Shown: positions 49,829 through 60,052, counted from the first letter of the stretch. The stretch: 64,000 nt of DNA from Spirochaetia bacterium (GCA_965208575.1 CBDBOV010000002.1:544001-608000), one strand, 5' to 3'. Notes: generated from the letters alone by a model not told the origin. Numbers and translations: made by a program.

Positions 49829-50806
49829 ATGGAACGGGAGCTGTACGCGGGGCTCGACCTCGGTGGTACCAAGATCGCGGCGGCGCTGCTGACCGGCGAC
49901 GGGCGCGTGGTGGGGCGGGCGCGGCTCGGCTCGCGCGCCGGCAGCGGCGGCGAGGTGGTGGCCGATACGATGGTCGCCGCCGTGGACGAGGCGCTGCAGC
50001 GCGCCGGCGCGACGCGGGCGGCGTTGCGCGGCGCCGGCATCGGCGCGCCCGGCCCGCTCGACTTCGACACCGGCGTGATCGTGTTCGCACCCAACCTCGG
50101 CATGCGCGACTTTCCGCTGCGCGACTACATCGCCGAGCGGCTCGCGGTGCCGGTGTTTCTCGACAACGACGTCAACATGGGCACCTACGGCGAGTACCTC
50201 GCGGGCGCCGCGCGCGGCTTTCGGCACGTGCTCGGGGTGTTCCCCGGCACCGGCGTGGGCGGCGGCCTGGTCGTGAACGGCGCGGTGTTTCGCGGCGCCA
50301 ACGGCACGGCGGGTGAGGTGGGCCACATCATCGTGCAGCACGGCGGTGCGCTGTGCGGCTGTGGCCAGCGCGGCTGCCTGGAGGCGTATGCCAGCCGCAG
50401 CGCGATCGCGCGCGACTTGGTGATGCTGGCCGCCATCGGCCAGGCGCCGACCGTGCGCGCGGCCGCCGGGACCCGCCTGAAGGCGGTCAAGAGCGGGGTG
50501 ATCGCCCGGGCGGTCGCCGCCGGGGAGCGCGCGGTGTGCGAGGTGGTCGAGCGCTCGGCGCGCTACCTCGGCATCGGGATCGCCAACTGCGTCAACCTGT
50601 TCAGCCCCGACCTGGTGGTGCTCGGCGGCGGCCTTGTGGAGAAGCTCGGAGACCGCTACGTGGCCCAGGTGGAGCGCGCCATGCGCAAGCACGCCCTGGC
50701 GGCGGCCGCCGCCGGCGTACGCGTGGTCGCCGCCGAGCTCGGCGACGAAGCCGCCGTCCACGGTGCGGTGGGCGGGTTGCGCGAGATGCTCGCGGAGCGC
50801 GCCTGA
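49829..50806 (+). CDS. ROK family sugar kinase (glucokinase-like)
   Basis: GLDLGGT, DNDVN, GTGVGGG, GEVGH, CGCGQRGCLE. Confidence 0.92.
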   Translation: MERELYAGLDLGGTKIAAALLTGDGRVVGRARLGSRAGSGGEVVADTMVAAVDEALQRAGATRAALRGAGIGAPGPLDFDTGVIVFAPNLGMRDFPLRDYIAERLAVPVFLDNDVNMGTYGEYLAGAARGFRHVLGVFPGTGVGGGLVVNGAVFRGANGTAGEVGHIIVQHGGALCGCGQRGCLEAYASRSAIARDLVMLAAIGQAPTVRAAAGTRLKAVKSGVIARAVAAGERAVCEVVERSARYLGIGIANCVNLFSPDLVVLGGGLVEKLGDRYVAQVERAMRKHALAAAAAGVRVVAAELGDEAAVHGAVGGLREMLAERA

Positions 50807-52419
50807 TGGCAGCGCCCGGTCGCGTGGCCGGCGGCGGGTCGGGGCACCTGACGGCGGTGGTGGACGTGGGCTCCAGCGCCTTCCGCCTGCTCATCGTCGA
50901 CCGCCACCCGGACGGCACCTGGGACGTGGTGGACCGCGCCGTCAAGCCGGTCCCGCTCGGCCACGACGTATTCTCCTCCGGGCGCATCGGGCGCGCCACC
51001 CTCACCCGCGGCGTGCAGGTGCTGAGCGCCTACTGCGAGCTGCTCGCCGGCTGGAACATCTCCCCCGCGGACACCCTGGTGTTCGGCACCAGCGCGCTGC
51101 GCGAGGCGCGCAACGGCGATACCTTCGTGGACCGGGTGGCGCTGCGCACCGGCCTGACGATCCAGGTGATCGGCGAGGTGGAAGAGAGCGAGCTGACCTA
51201 CCTCGCCGTGCGCCGGGCGCTCGGCGCCGAGCTGGCCGACGTGCTGCGCGCCAACGCGCTGATCGTCGAGGTAGGCGGCGGGCACGCCACGCTGATCCTG
51301 GTCAGGCGCGGTCGCATCTCCGCGCTGCGCACCCTCAAGGAGGGTACCGTGCGCATGCGCCGCCCGCTGCAGCTCGCCGGCGGCACCGGCATCGCACCGC
51401 GCGAAATCGTCGAGGAGACGATGGGACCGTTGCTGGCGTCGGTGCAGAAGGATCTGCGCCTGAGCCGCGTCGGCACCTTCATCGCCATCGGCAGCGACGT
51501 GAGCTTCCCGGTTACGCCGCTCGGCGGCGGCAGCAAGCCGGTCTCGCGTCTCGGCCTCGCCGCGTTCGACCGCTTCATCGACGAGGTCGCGGCGCTGCCG
51601 GTGGCGGACCTGGTGCGCGACCTGCAGGTCTCCTACAGCGACGCGGAGCTGCTGGTGCCCGGACTGCTCATCTACCGGTCGTTCCTGAACCTGACGGCCG
51701 CGCGGGAGATCCTGGTGGCGCGGGTCAGCATCCGCGAGGGCGCCCTGCTGCGCCACCACGACGCGCACGACAGTCCCGCGCTGCGCGAGATGCGCGCCCA
51801 GGTGACGGCAAACGCCATCAGCCTCGGCAAGCGCTACCGCTTCGACGAGCGCCACGCCCGCCACGTGGCACAGCTTTCCTGCCGCCTGTTCGACGAGTTG
51901 CGCGCCGAGCACGGCCTCGACGACCGCAGCCGGCTAATGCTGGAGGTGAGCGCCATCCTGCACGACATCGGCCAGGTGATTCGCACCAGCGGACACCACA
52001 AGCACGGTCACTACATCGTCAGCAACTCGGAGATCTTCGGACTCGACGGGCGCGACCGGGCGATCGTGGCCAACGTGGTGCGCTACCACCGGCAGGCGCT
52101 GCCGGCGCCGACGCACGGCGCATACATGCAGCTTGCGCGCGCCGACCGGATCGTGGTGAGCAAGCTCGCCGCCCTGCTGCGCGTGGCGGAGGCGCTCGAC
52201 CGCGGCCACAAGGGCCGCGTGGCCAGCCTGCGCGTGCACAAGAGCGACGACGAGGTCACCCTTGCCTGCGCGTGCGCCGGCGCGCTCGCGCTCGAAGAAC
52301 TCGCCATGGAACGCAAGGCCGACCTGTTCCGGGAGGTGTTCGGCCTGCGCGTGCGCCTGGAGCGCTCAGCCGGGCAGCCGCGCCCGCGCCTGCGGGCGCG
52401 GCCGGAACCTACAGGCTGA
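50806..52419 (+). CDS. ppx: Ppx/GppA exopolyphosphatase with C-terminal HD domain
   Basis: VDVGSSAFRL, GTSALREA, EESEL, EVGGG, SIREG, HARHVA, ILHDIG..HHKH, RYHR. TGATG overlap with the ROK gene. Confidence 0.9.
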   Translation: MAAPGRVAGGGSGHLTAVVDVGSSAFRLLIVDRHPDGTWDVVDRAVKPVPLGHDVFSSGRIGRATLTRGVQVLSAYCELLAGWNISPADTLVFGTSALREARNGDTFVDRVALRTGLTIQVIGEVEESELTYLAVRRALGAELADVLRANALIVEVGGGHATLILVRRGRISALRTLKEGTVRMRRPLQLAGGTGIAPREIVEETMGPLLASVQKDLRLSRVGTFIAIGSDVSFPVTPLGGGSKPVSRLGLAAFDRFIDEVAALPVADLVRDLQVSYSDAELLVPGLLIYRSFLNLTAAREILVARVSIREGALLRHHDAHDSPALREMRAQVTANAISLGKRYRFDERHARHVAQLSCRLFDELRAEHGLDDRSRLMLEVSAILHDIGQVIRTSGHHKHGHYIVSNSEIFGLDGRDRAIVANVVRYHRQALPAPTHGAYMQLARADRIVVSKLAALLRVAEALDRGHKGRVASLRVHKSDDEVTLACACAGALALEELAMERKADLFREVFGLRVRLERSAGQPRPRLRARPEPTG

Positions 52420-54226
52420 GGGTCACGCCGACCCCGAAGCGATGGCGGGTGGCGTCCTCGCCCTCCTCCAGGTCGAGATTCCCGACGTGCTCCACGGAAT
52501 AGCTGACCCGCGTACGCACGGCGACCGGCTCCGCCGCCAGGTGGGCGGTCGCGGCGAGCTCCAGTTGCAGGACCTCCTCCAGCACCGGCGCGTCCAGCAG
52601 CGACGGTTCGGGGCCGACGAAGGTGGCGCGTCCGTCCGCGTCGTAGCCGTCGTCCCAGATCGAGCCGTCGTCGTACGGTCCGCGGTTGTCGCGCCGCGCG
52701 GAGGCGTTGCCGTGGCGGATGCGGCGCGCCGCCAGCTCCAGGTCGAGCCACGCCAGCGGCGTGAACAGCGCCGCGAGCGTCACCTGGTCGGAGTTGGGCG
52801 GCAGGTTGTTGGCCAGCGGGCGCGCGCGGTGGGTGTAGGTGAGGTAGTTGATCGGCTGATGGCTGGAGTGGGTGTACATGTAGGGCGCCACGAACAGGTA
52901 GTCGAGCGACACGATGCCGGTGGTGTCGATCGCGCCCGACGCTGCCGGACTCCAGGAGATCAGCGCCTGTCCGGCGGTCTTGTTGGAGAACGGACTCGGG
53001 TTGAACGTGTCGTCGCCCACGAACGTGTTGTAGTCGTCCACGTACAGGCTCGCGGCCGCCCGGAACCCGGCCGGCAGGCGCGCGGTGGCGGCGAGTCCGG
53101 CGAGCGTGTTGTCGTAGTCGCGGGTGTACGGCTCGGTGATGAACGCCGTCGGCAGCAGCGAGTACAGGCTGAGGCGCGCCCCGAACAGCGACGCCGTGAA
53201 CGCGTCCACGCTGAGCCACGGCAGGGCGTGCCACTGCAGCGTGTGCAGCATCAGGTACTTGGCGGGGAACCCGTCGCTGAATTTGTCGCTGTGCACCCGG
53301 TTCTTGAGGACGTAGAGCTTGCCGCCGGGCTCGGCGGCGCGCTCGGCGACCAGTTCCAGGAACGCCGCGGTATAGGTGAGATGCTCGCCGGACAACGCGC
53401 CCACCAGGTGCGCGGTCGGCGGCGCGCCGGCGCCGAGCACCAGGCTGTCGGCGAACGGCGAGCCGTAGGCGCCTTGGCTGAAACCCGCGCGCAGGTGCAT
53501 GGTGCCGGTGCCGAAGCTTGCCGATGCGCGCAGGTCCTCCCGGCCGCTGAAGCGCGACTCGCCGATGGCGAAGTTGGGCCCGGCGTTCGGGAACACCGGC
53601 ACGGGTGAGAAGCGGTAGCGCAGTGCCGGTTCCGGGGTGCTCTCCCACCAGTAGCGGAACGCGGCCGAGTAGGCGAACAGGCCGTAGCGCGCGGTGGACT
53701 CGATGCCGCCGCCGAACCGGTAGTGGTCGTCGCCGGCGTCGTTCCCGCGCGGTGCGGTGAGCACGGCGCCGCCGAATATCGCCGCCTCGACGGGCGGCAG
53801 CACGGTCACTCCGGGACAGGCAAGACGATCAAAACCGCTGTCCAGGCATCGCCCGCCGGCCGGCTGTTCCGGACCCGGCGGCGGCACCGCATCCGGATTC
53901 CGCCGTGGCACTAGCCGCCGCAGGTAGGATGCGGCGAGCTCGCGGTCGAGCGCCGAGCCGGTCTCCTGCACCTGGCGCAGCAGGCCGATCACGAGCTGCG
54001 GTGCATACGGGCGCAGTGCCGGCAGCGGCGCCAGGTAGCCGTTCTGTTCCCAGATCGCGAGATGCCGGTAGATGCGGTCTGCGGGGTCGTACAGCGATTG
54101 GGCGGCGAGGGTTCCGGCCAGGCCGGCGAGCAGCAGCACGGCGATGGCAGGTACGGCGGCGGGCGCGCGCGCTCGGACCCGCGGCGAGCCCCGGTTACGG
54201 CGTGACGAGGAGTTCAGCTTCAGCAA
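52409..54226 (-). CDS. Putative outer-membrane beta-barrel protein (Wzi-like)
   Basis: Signal peptide, LPALRPY, YVDD, PYMYTH, LPPNSD, amphipathic C-terminal strand FGVGVTLSL. Start uncertain. Confidence 0.6.
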   Translation of the reverse strand: MLKLNSSSRRNRGSPRVRARAPAAVPAIAVLLLAGLAGTLAAQSLYDPADRIYRHLAIWEQNGYLAPLPALRPYAPQLVIGLLRQVQETGSALDRELAASYLRRLVPRRNPDAVPPPGPEQPAGGRCLDSGFDRLACPGVTVLPPVEAAIFGGAVLTAPRGNDAGDDHYRFGGGIESTARYGLFAYSAAFRYWWESTPEPALRYRFSPVPVFPNAGPNFAIGESRFSGREDLRASASFGTGTMHLRAGFSQGAYGSPFADSLVLGAGAPPTAHLVGALSGEHLTYTAAFLELVAERAAEPGGKLYVLKNRVHSDKFSDGFPAKYLMLHTLQWHALPWLSVDAFTASLFGARLSLYSLLPTAFITEPYTRDYDNTLAGLAATARLPAGFRAAASLYVDDYNTFVGDDTFNPSPFSNKTAGQALISWSPAASGAIDTTGIVSLDYLFVAPYMYTHSSHQPINYLTYTHRARPLANNLPPNSDQVTLAALFTPLAWLDLELAARRIRHGNASARRDNRGPYDDGSIWDDGYDADGRATFVGPEPSLLDAPVLEEVLQLELAATAHLAAEPVAVRTRVSYSVEHVGNLDLEEGEDATRHRFGVGVTLSL

Positions 54227-54259
54227 TTCGGTTCCCGGTTCGTTACAGGTTGGTGTCCG

Positions 54260-55210
54260 CTACAGCGCTTCGCTCAGCGGGGGCACGCCCACCGAGTCGA
54301 CGACCCCGGCGATGAATTCGCGTTCGTCGACGCGCTGCGACTGTCCCCCAGCCTTCAAGATAATGCGCTTGCGCAACACGGGATAGGCCACCTCCTGGAT
54401 GTCCTCCGGGGTGACGTAGTCGCGGCCGCGCAGCGCCGCAAGCGCCTGCGCCGCCTTGTACAGCGCCAGCGAGCCGCGCGGCGACACGCCGAGCGCCAGG
54501 CGGCGGTCGCTGCGGGTGGCGCCCACCAGGGCCAGGATATAGGAGCGCAGCGAGTCGTCGACGTGCACCTGCAATACCCGCTGCTGCATGTCGATCAGCG
54601 TCGCGATGTCGGCTACCGGGGTGATGCGCGACAACGGGTGGCTGACGGCCGTGCCGAGCGCCATAACCGCGCGTTCCGCGTCGCGGTCGGGGTAGCCGAT
54701 CGACACGGTCATGAAGAAGCGGTCCTTCTGTACCTCCGGCAGCGGGAAGGTGCCCTCGGCGTCGCCGGGGCTCTCGGTGGCGATCAGGAAGAACGGGTCC
54801 GGCAGCGGCCGGCTGGTGCCTTCCACGCTCACCTGCCCCTCCGCCATCGCCTCCAGCAGCGCCGACTGGGTGCGCGGGGTGGCGCGGTTGATCTCGTCCA
54901 CCAGCAGCACGTTGGTCATCACCGGGCCTTCCCGGAACACGAATTCGCCGCTCTGCGGGTGGTAGATCGACACCCCGAGCACGTCGGCGGGCAGCAGGTC
55001 GGGAGTGCACTGCACCTGCTTGAACATGCCGCCCACGGTGTTGGCGAGGGCGCGCGCGAGCACGGTCTTGCCGACGCCCGGCACGTCCTCGATCAGCACG
55101 TGGCCGCGGCACAGCAGCGCCACCAGCACCTTCTCGGTGACCTCGTCCTTGCCGAAGAACGCGCCGCGCACGGCGTCGGTCACGCGTCCGGCCCACTGAG
55201 CCACGGTCAT
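54260..55210 (-). CDS. MoxR family AAA+ ATPase (paralog 2)
   Basis: HVLIEDVPGVGKT, QCTPDLLPAD, LLVDEINRATPRTQSALLEAM, GVSPRG. Confidence 0.93.
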   Translation of the reverse strand: MTVAQWAGRVTDAVRGAFFGKDEVTEKVLVALLCRGHVLIEDVPGVGKTVLARALANTVGGMFKQVQCTPDLLPADVLGVSIYHPQSGEFVFREGPVMTNVLLVDEINRATPRTQSALLEAMAEGQVSVEGTSRPLPDPFFLIATESPGDAEGTFPLPEVQKDRFFMTVSIGYPDRDAERAVMALGTAVSHPLSRITPVADIATLIDMQQRVLQVHVDDSLRSYILALVGATRSDRRLALGVSPRGSLALYKAAQALAALRGRDYVTPEDIQEVAYPVLRKRIILKAGGQSQRVDEREFIAGVVDSVGVPPLSEAL

Positions 55211-55519
55211 GCCGCCTGTCCTCCTTGCCCGCGTGTGGGGTTCGCACGGTCAGCAGCCCGCGGCGAGACTCCGGCTCCGTTCGGGCGCCGCCGCCGGTCC
55301 GCCGCCCGGTTCCACCACAGGCTGGCGGCTCCGCGCTGCGCACCGGTGCGCGGGGAGGAGACCGGTCGAGCGGGACGCACCGCCGCACCGTCCGTGCGCG
55401 GTTCACGGTCGCGCACCGCCTTGGCCGCGATCCTCCCGGTGGCGCTCATCCGGCCGACCGCCGGCAAGCTCCGGCCAACGGGCCGCGTGCTGTTGCCCGA
55501 CGCACCGACTCACCGGCGC

Positions 55520-55620
55520 CCGTGGCGCCCGCGATCAGCAGGTGCGGCGTGGCCGTCAGGTCGATCACCTGCGTCTCGGCGGTGATGTCCGTGCCGAGCG
55601 CGTGCCGCGGCCGGCACTGT
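55520..55620 (-). pseudogene. FtsK/SpoIIIE motor fragment
   Basis: ALGTDITAETQVIDLTATPHLLIAGATGAGESV. Walker A Lys is replaced by Glu, and flanks are unrelated. Confidence 0.6.
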
Positions 55621-55837
55621 GGTCGCTGGTCGACGGAAGCGCGACGAGTCGTCCGGAGCACCGCGCCGCCGGCGGCCGCGGCCGAGCCGTCCCATGGCAT
55701 CACGCCGCGTCCCCGTCTGCGCATCACGGCGCGCAGCGGTCCTTGCGTGCGGTTCGCGCCGTGCCGGCGGCGCGGGATTCTCCGGTCAGCGTTCATCGCG
55801 CCGTTCATGCCCACCGGCGCGAGCGTCTCGGAGGCGC

Positions 55838-57394
55838 TCATCCTGACCGCCTCCGCCCGCGCAGCACGCTGCGCAGTTGTCCCTGGAACCGGTCGCCGCC
55901 GTCCGCGCCGGCGCCGGCGGCAGAGTACACCAGTTCCTCGAACAGCACGCCGAGTGCCAGCAGTTCGTCGTGCTGCTCGGGCAGCTTGGCCGCCAGCGCG
56001 CGCACGTAGTCGAGCGGCGCCAGCGAGCGCCGGAACGGCACGCCGGCGCGTTCGCCCCAGCGGATCAGCCGCACGAAGCCGCGCACCGCGGCGCCGTGCG
56101 TCCCGGAGCGCAGCCGATCGCGCAGCGCGCGCCGCACCGTCGCCTGGCGCCGCCGCTCGCGGGCCGCCTCGCGCACGGTATCGGCCAGCCGTGCCGCCGC
56201 GCCGCGCGGCGCGGACGCCATGCGTCGCAGGATCGCCAGCGCCGTGTCCAGCGCCTGCGAGATGCCCGCGGCCAGGCCGCGCAGCAGCCGTCCCACCGAC
56301 AGCGTGCGCAGTATCTCGCCGAAGTCGCGCGAGAACAGCGGCCGCACCAGGAACACTGCCAGTGCGCCGCCCAGGGCGACCAGGACCGTGACCAGGAATG
56401 CCTGGAACAGCCGCGCGGCCAGGTCCGACCCGTGCCGCTCACCGATCATCTGCGCGAATTCGCGCGTCTGCTCGGACTCCTCGGCCCGCGAGCTCGAAAG
56501 CGACATCGCCCGCCGGCGCACCTCGCGCGGTCCGTCCGGGGTCAACAGGTCGTTCAGCCAGGAGAAAAACGCCTCCAGGTGGCTGGCCGGCAGCGGCGGC
56601 TCGGGGCGCACCGTCGGCCATACGAGCACGGCGGCAAGCGCCACGAACAGCAGCGCGGCTCCCACGCGGCGGCGGCGCAGCGAGGCGGGCAGCACGAAGC
56701 CGCCGCCAAAATAACCCTGCTCCTCCTGGTAGCCGTTGAGCGCCGCGGTGTAGGCAAGTCCCAGGGCCAGGTGCAGCACCACCAGCAGCAGCAGGCCGGC
56801 GCCCACCTCGCGGCCGCCGAGCAGCGCCGCGCAGAATGCCAGCAGCACCAGCAACTGGAACCAGATCACCACCCGCTTCACCTGCCGCATGCGCGCCACC
56901 GACTCGGTGGCCTCGGTGGAGTAGGAGCGCACCGCGGTGCGCAGCTCGTTGCCCTCGATGCCGGTGATCGTGCTCAGAAACACCTCGCGCTCGCGGAACG
57001 CGCGGTGCAGCGAGAAGCAGGTCAGCCACATGACGAGCACCAGCGCCAGCGCGTAGATCACCTCCGGCTTGGCCGGGATGAGGTCGCCGGCGAACAGGTA
57101 GCCGCGGGTAGCCATGAACACCACCGCGGCGAGGATCAGAATCAGCAGCAGCTCGCGCAGCCGCGGCAGGCCGCCGCCCACCTTCTCGCGCGCCAGGGTG
57201 TTGGCTACCGCCGCCTGCGCGCCGCCAGCGAGCAGCAGCACCAGGATGGTGCCCGGCGGATTGGGCGCGAGCACCAGGTCGAGCACCAGCACGCGCAACA
57301 ACCGGTCGAGCAGCACCAGGAACAGGAACGGAATCGCCACCGCCAGGCTGGGATGGATGGCGGCGCGGTACACCGCCAGGCGCCGTTCATCCAC
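55838..57394 (-). CDS. Polytopic membrane protein with DUF4129-like C-terminus
   Basis: Multiple TM helices, C-terminal RSLAPLDY..LFEELVYS, MoxR/DUF58 context. Confidence 0.7.
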   Translation of the reverse strand: MDERRLAVYRAAIHPSLAVAIPFLFLVLLDRLLRVLVLDLVLAPNPPGTILVLLLAGGAQAAVANTLAREKVGGGLPRLRELLLILILAAVVFMATRGYLFAGDLIPAKPEVIYALALVLVMWLTCFSLHRAFREREVFLSTITGIEGNELRTAVRSYSTEATESVARMRQVKRVVIWFQLLVLLAFCAALLGGREVGAGLLLLVVLHLALGLAYTAALNGYQEEQGYFGGGFVLPASLRRRRVGAALLFVALAAVLVWPTVRPEPPLPASHLEAFFSWLNDLLTPDGPREVRRRAMSLSSSRAEESEQTREFAQMIGERHGSDLAARLFQAFLVTVLVALGGALAVFLVRPLFSRDFGEILRTLSVGRLLRGLAAGISQALDTALAILRRMASAPRGAAARLADTVREAARERRRQATVRRALRDRLRSGTHGAAVRGFVRLIRWGERAGVPFRRSLAPLDYVRALAAKLPEQHDELLALGVLFEELVYSAAGAGADGGDRFQGQLRSVLRGRRRSG

Positions 57395-58688
57395 GGATCA
57401 GGTCCCTTCCGTAACCGCCGACGGCGTGGCTGGTGAGCCCTGCCACCGCCAGGTCCTCGCGCCGCGCCCGGTGGGTGCTGACCAGGAACACCTCCACGTC
57501 GTAGCCGCGCCGGCGCAGGGCCAGCAGTGCGGCGCGCTGCCGCTCGGACGGCGGCGGCGTCACCACCACGATGCGCGTGCCGTTGGCCACCGGCACGGCG
57601 CCGCGCTGCACGATGTCGACGAAGTTGGCGGCGCCCTCGCCGGCGGTATTGATGCGGGCGAGTTGCTCCAGCAGGTGGGCGGCGTGGGCGTAGCCGGCGC
57701 GAACCGGCTCGGCGGTGCAGGCAGCGCCGCCGGGCGCCGGCAGGGTCGCGGCGGGATCCTCCGAATGGCCGTCGGATGCGGCGGTGTCGGCCGGTGCGGA
57801 CGCCCGCCCGGCGGCCGGCGGTGCCGCGGGAGCACCGGTCCGCGGTCCGATCAGCCCGCTGCTGGCCAGGCCCACCTCCTGGCCGATGCCGACGAAGTGG
57901 AACACCAGCGAAGCGGCGGTCTCGACGGCGCGTTCCACCAGGTGGGCGCGCTGCGCGAGCGGGTAGTCGTCCGCGGTGAGGTTGAGCAATACCAGCACCG
58001 GGAAGTAGATCGACGGCACGTACTCCATCGAATACAGCGCCCCCATGCGCGCGCTTGCCTTCCAGTTGATGCGCCTGGGCTCGTCGCCCGGCTGGTACTC
58101 GCGCAGCGAACGGTAGCGGGTCACGTCCTCGTACAGCTTGTTGAGCACCGTCAGGCTGCCGGAGGGCAGGCCGCGCTTGTGATGCAGGTCGAGAGCGAAG
58201 ATGTCGGGGTAGACGATGACCTGCTGATGGCTCGGCGCCTGCGTGCGCCACGGGAAGAATCCGAACGGATCGGTTCCGACCAGGTCGACCGGCCCGAGGT
58301 GGAACTCGCCGCGCTCACGGCCCTCGAGCCGATAGCTGAAGGTGCGCTCCTCCCACGGTCCGAGGCCGGTTACGAACTGCGCCGGGCGGCGCGCCGCGAA
58401 GCTGCCGATGCGGTCCGCCACGGTGAGGAAGTGGATCGGCAGCGGCGTCCGGTTGCGCACCGTCAGCGAACAGGTAAACGGCGCGAACCGGTTGGCGTGC
58501 ACCAGCGCCTCGCCGCGCGACACCACGACGCCGCTGCGCACGGTCAGCAGGTAACCGAACGCCAGCAGGCGGATCGCCAGCAGCCCGGCGGCGACCGCGC
58601 GCATCAGCGGCGGAGGGGCGAACAGCACGATGAACAGCAGCAGCAGGGGCACCACCACGTCGGGCCCCAAGCGCACGCGCGGCTTCAC
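57387..58688 (-). CDS. DUF58 domain protein
   Basis: RERGEFHLGP..DPFGFF, VIVYP, SLREYQPGDEPRRINWKASAR, ERAVETAASL. Confidence 0.9.
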   Translation of the reverse strand: MKPRVRLGPDVVVPLLLLFIVLFAPPPLMRAVAAGLLAIRLLAFGYLLTVRSGVVVSRGEALVHANRFAPFTCSLTVRNRTPLPIHFLTVADRIGSFAARRPAQFVTGLGPWEERTFSYRLEGRERGEFHLGPVDLVGTDPFGFFPWRTQAPSHQQVIVYPDIFALDLHHKRGLPSGSLTVLNKLYEDVTRYRSLREYQPGDEPRRINWKASARMGALYSMEYVPSIYFPVLVLLNLTADDYPLAQRAHLVERAVETAASLVFHFVGIGQEVGLASSGLIGPRTGAPAAPPAAGRASAPADTAASDGHSEDPAATLPAPGGAACTAEPVRAGYAHAAHLLEQLARINTAGEGAANFVDIVQRGAVPVANGTRIVVVTPPPSERQRAALLALRRRGYDVEVFLVSTHRARREDLAVAGLTSHAVGGYGRDLIRG

Positions 58689-59665
58689 CCCGCGGCCCTG
58701 CCGCCCGCGCCCGCGCCGGGCGCCGTCTGCCGGTGCGGAGCGAGCACCTCGTTCAGGATGCCGTCGATCACCGCCTCCGGCTGCAGGCCGCGCAGCAACT
58801 GCTCCGGCTTCACGCCGATCCGCTTGAGCAGGATGGCGGGCGCCAGCTCGCGCACCTCCTCCGCGCCGCCGACATCCTTGCCGCGCACCGCGGCCAGCGC
58901 CTGCGCCCCCTGGTAGAGCGCCATGGAGGCGCGCGGCGAAGCGCCGTACGCCAGCCGGGCGTCGTGCCGGGTGCGCTCCACCAGGTCCAGGATCAGGTCC
59001 TCGGTGGCCGGCGCGACCGCAACCGCGGCCACCTCCCGCTGCAGGCGGCGCACCGTCTCCAGGTCGGTGGCCGCCTCCAGGTCGGTGACCGGGTGGGTCA
59101 GCCGGCGCTGCGAGTGCAGGATTTCCTGTTCCGCCTCCGGCGACGGGTAGCCCATGCGCAGGGTCAGAAAGAAGCGGTCGCGCTGCGCCTCAGGCAGCGG
59201 GAAGGTGCCCTCGAACTCCACCGGGTTTTCGGTGGCCAGCATGAAGAACGGCTCGGGCAGCGGCGTGGTCTCGCCCTCCACGCTGATCTGGCCCTCCGAC
59301 ATCGCCTCCAGCAACGCCGACTGCGTGCGCGGCGTGGCGCGGTTGATCTCGTCGACCAGCAGGATGTTGGTCATGATTGGGCCCTGCCGGAACTCGAACC
59401 GGCCGCTGCGGGCGTGGTACACGGAGCCGCCGAGCACGTCCGCCGGCAGCAGGTCGGGGGTGCACTGGATGCGCCGGAACTCCCCGCCCAGGCAGGTGGA
59501 CAGCGCGCGCGCCAGCACCGTCTTGCCGACTCCGGGTACATCCTCCAGCAGCGCGTGGCCGCGGCACAGCAGGGTCACCAGCAGTTTCTCGACCACCTGC
59601 TCCTTGCCATAGATCACCCTGCCCACGGCCGCGGTCAGCGCCCGCGCCCAGCCCCGCGCGTCCAT
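58685..59665 (-). CDS. MoxR family AAA+ ATPase (paralog 1)
   Basis: HALLEDVPGVGKT, RIQCTPDLLP, DEINRATPRTQS, ATENPVEFEGTFPLPEAQRDRF. Confidence 0.93.
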   Translation of the reverse strand: MDARGWARALTAAVGRVIYGKEQVVEKLLVTLLCRGHALLEDVPGVGKTVLARALSTCLGGEFRRIQCTPDLLPADVLGGSVYHARSGRFEFRQGPIMTNILLVDEINRATPRTQSALLEAMSEGQISVEGETTPLPEPFFMLATENPVEFEGTFPLPEAQRDRFFLTLRMGYPSPEAEQEILHSQRRLTHPVTDLEAATDLETVRRLQREVAAVAVAPATEDLILDLVERTRHDARLAYGASPRASMALYQGAQALAAVRGKDVGGAEEVRELAPAILLKRIGVKPEQLLRGLQPEAVIDGILNEVLAPHRQTAPGAGAGGRAAG

Positions 59666-59675
59666 CTCGCCTGTT

Positions 59676-60052
59676 GTACCACACCAGCCCGTTGCATGTA
59701 CGCCGGCCCGCGGCAAGTGCCGCGTCAGCCGGCTCCCGGCGCCGCGTCCGCGGCTGGCGTGCCACACCAGCCCGTTGCAAGTACGCCGGCAGGCGGCAAG
59801 CGCGTGTCGGCCGGCTCCGGGCGTCGCGTCGGCGGTTGACGTGCCACTCCAGCCCGCTCCAAGTACGCCGGCCGGACGGGAAGGGCGGCGTCAGCCGGCT
59901 CCGGGCGTCGCGTCCGCGGCTGAGGTACCACACCAGCCCGTTGCAAGTACGCCGGCAGGCGGCAAGCGCGTGTCGGCCGGCTCCGGGCGTCGCGTCGGCG
60001 GCTGACGTGCCACACCAGCCCGCTCCAAGTACGCCGCCGGGCGGCAAGCGCG
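59676..60052. repeat. Intergenic tandem repeat, 82-84 bp unit, about 4.5 copies
   Basis: Core GT(A/G)CCAC(A/T)CCAGCCCG(T/C)T(G/C)CA(A/T)GTACGCCG at 59676, 59759, 59841, 59925 and 60007. Intervening parts alternate between two related variants. Confidence 0.92.

Noticed and set aside
59676-60052. CRISPR array
   Set aside because: The spacer-like segments are homologous to each other (two alternating variants), the repeats are degenerate, and no cas genes are present.
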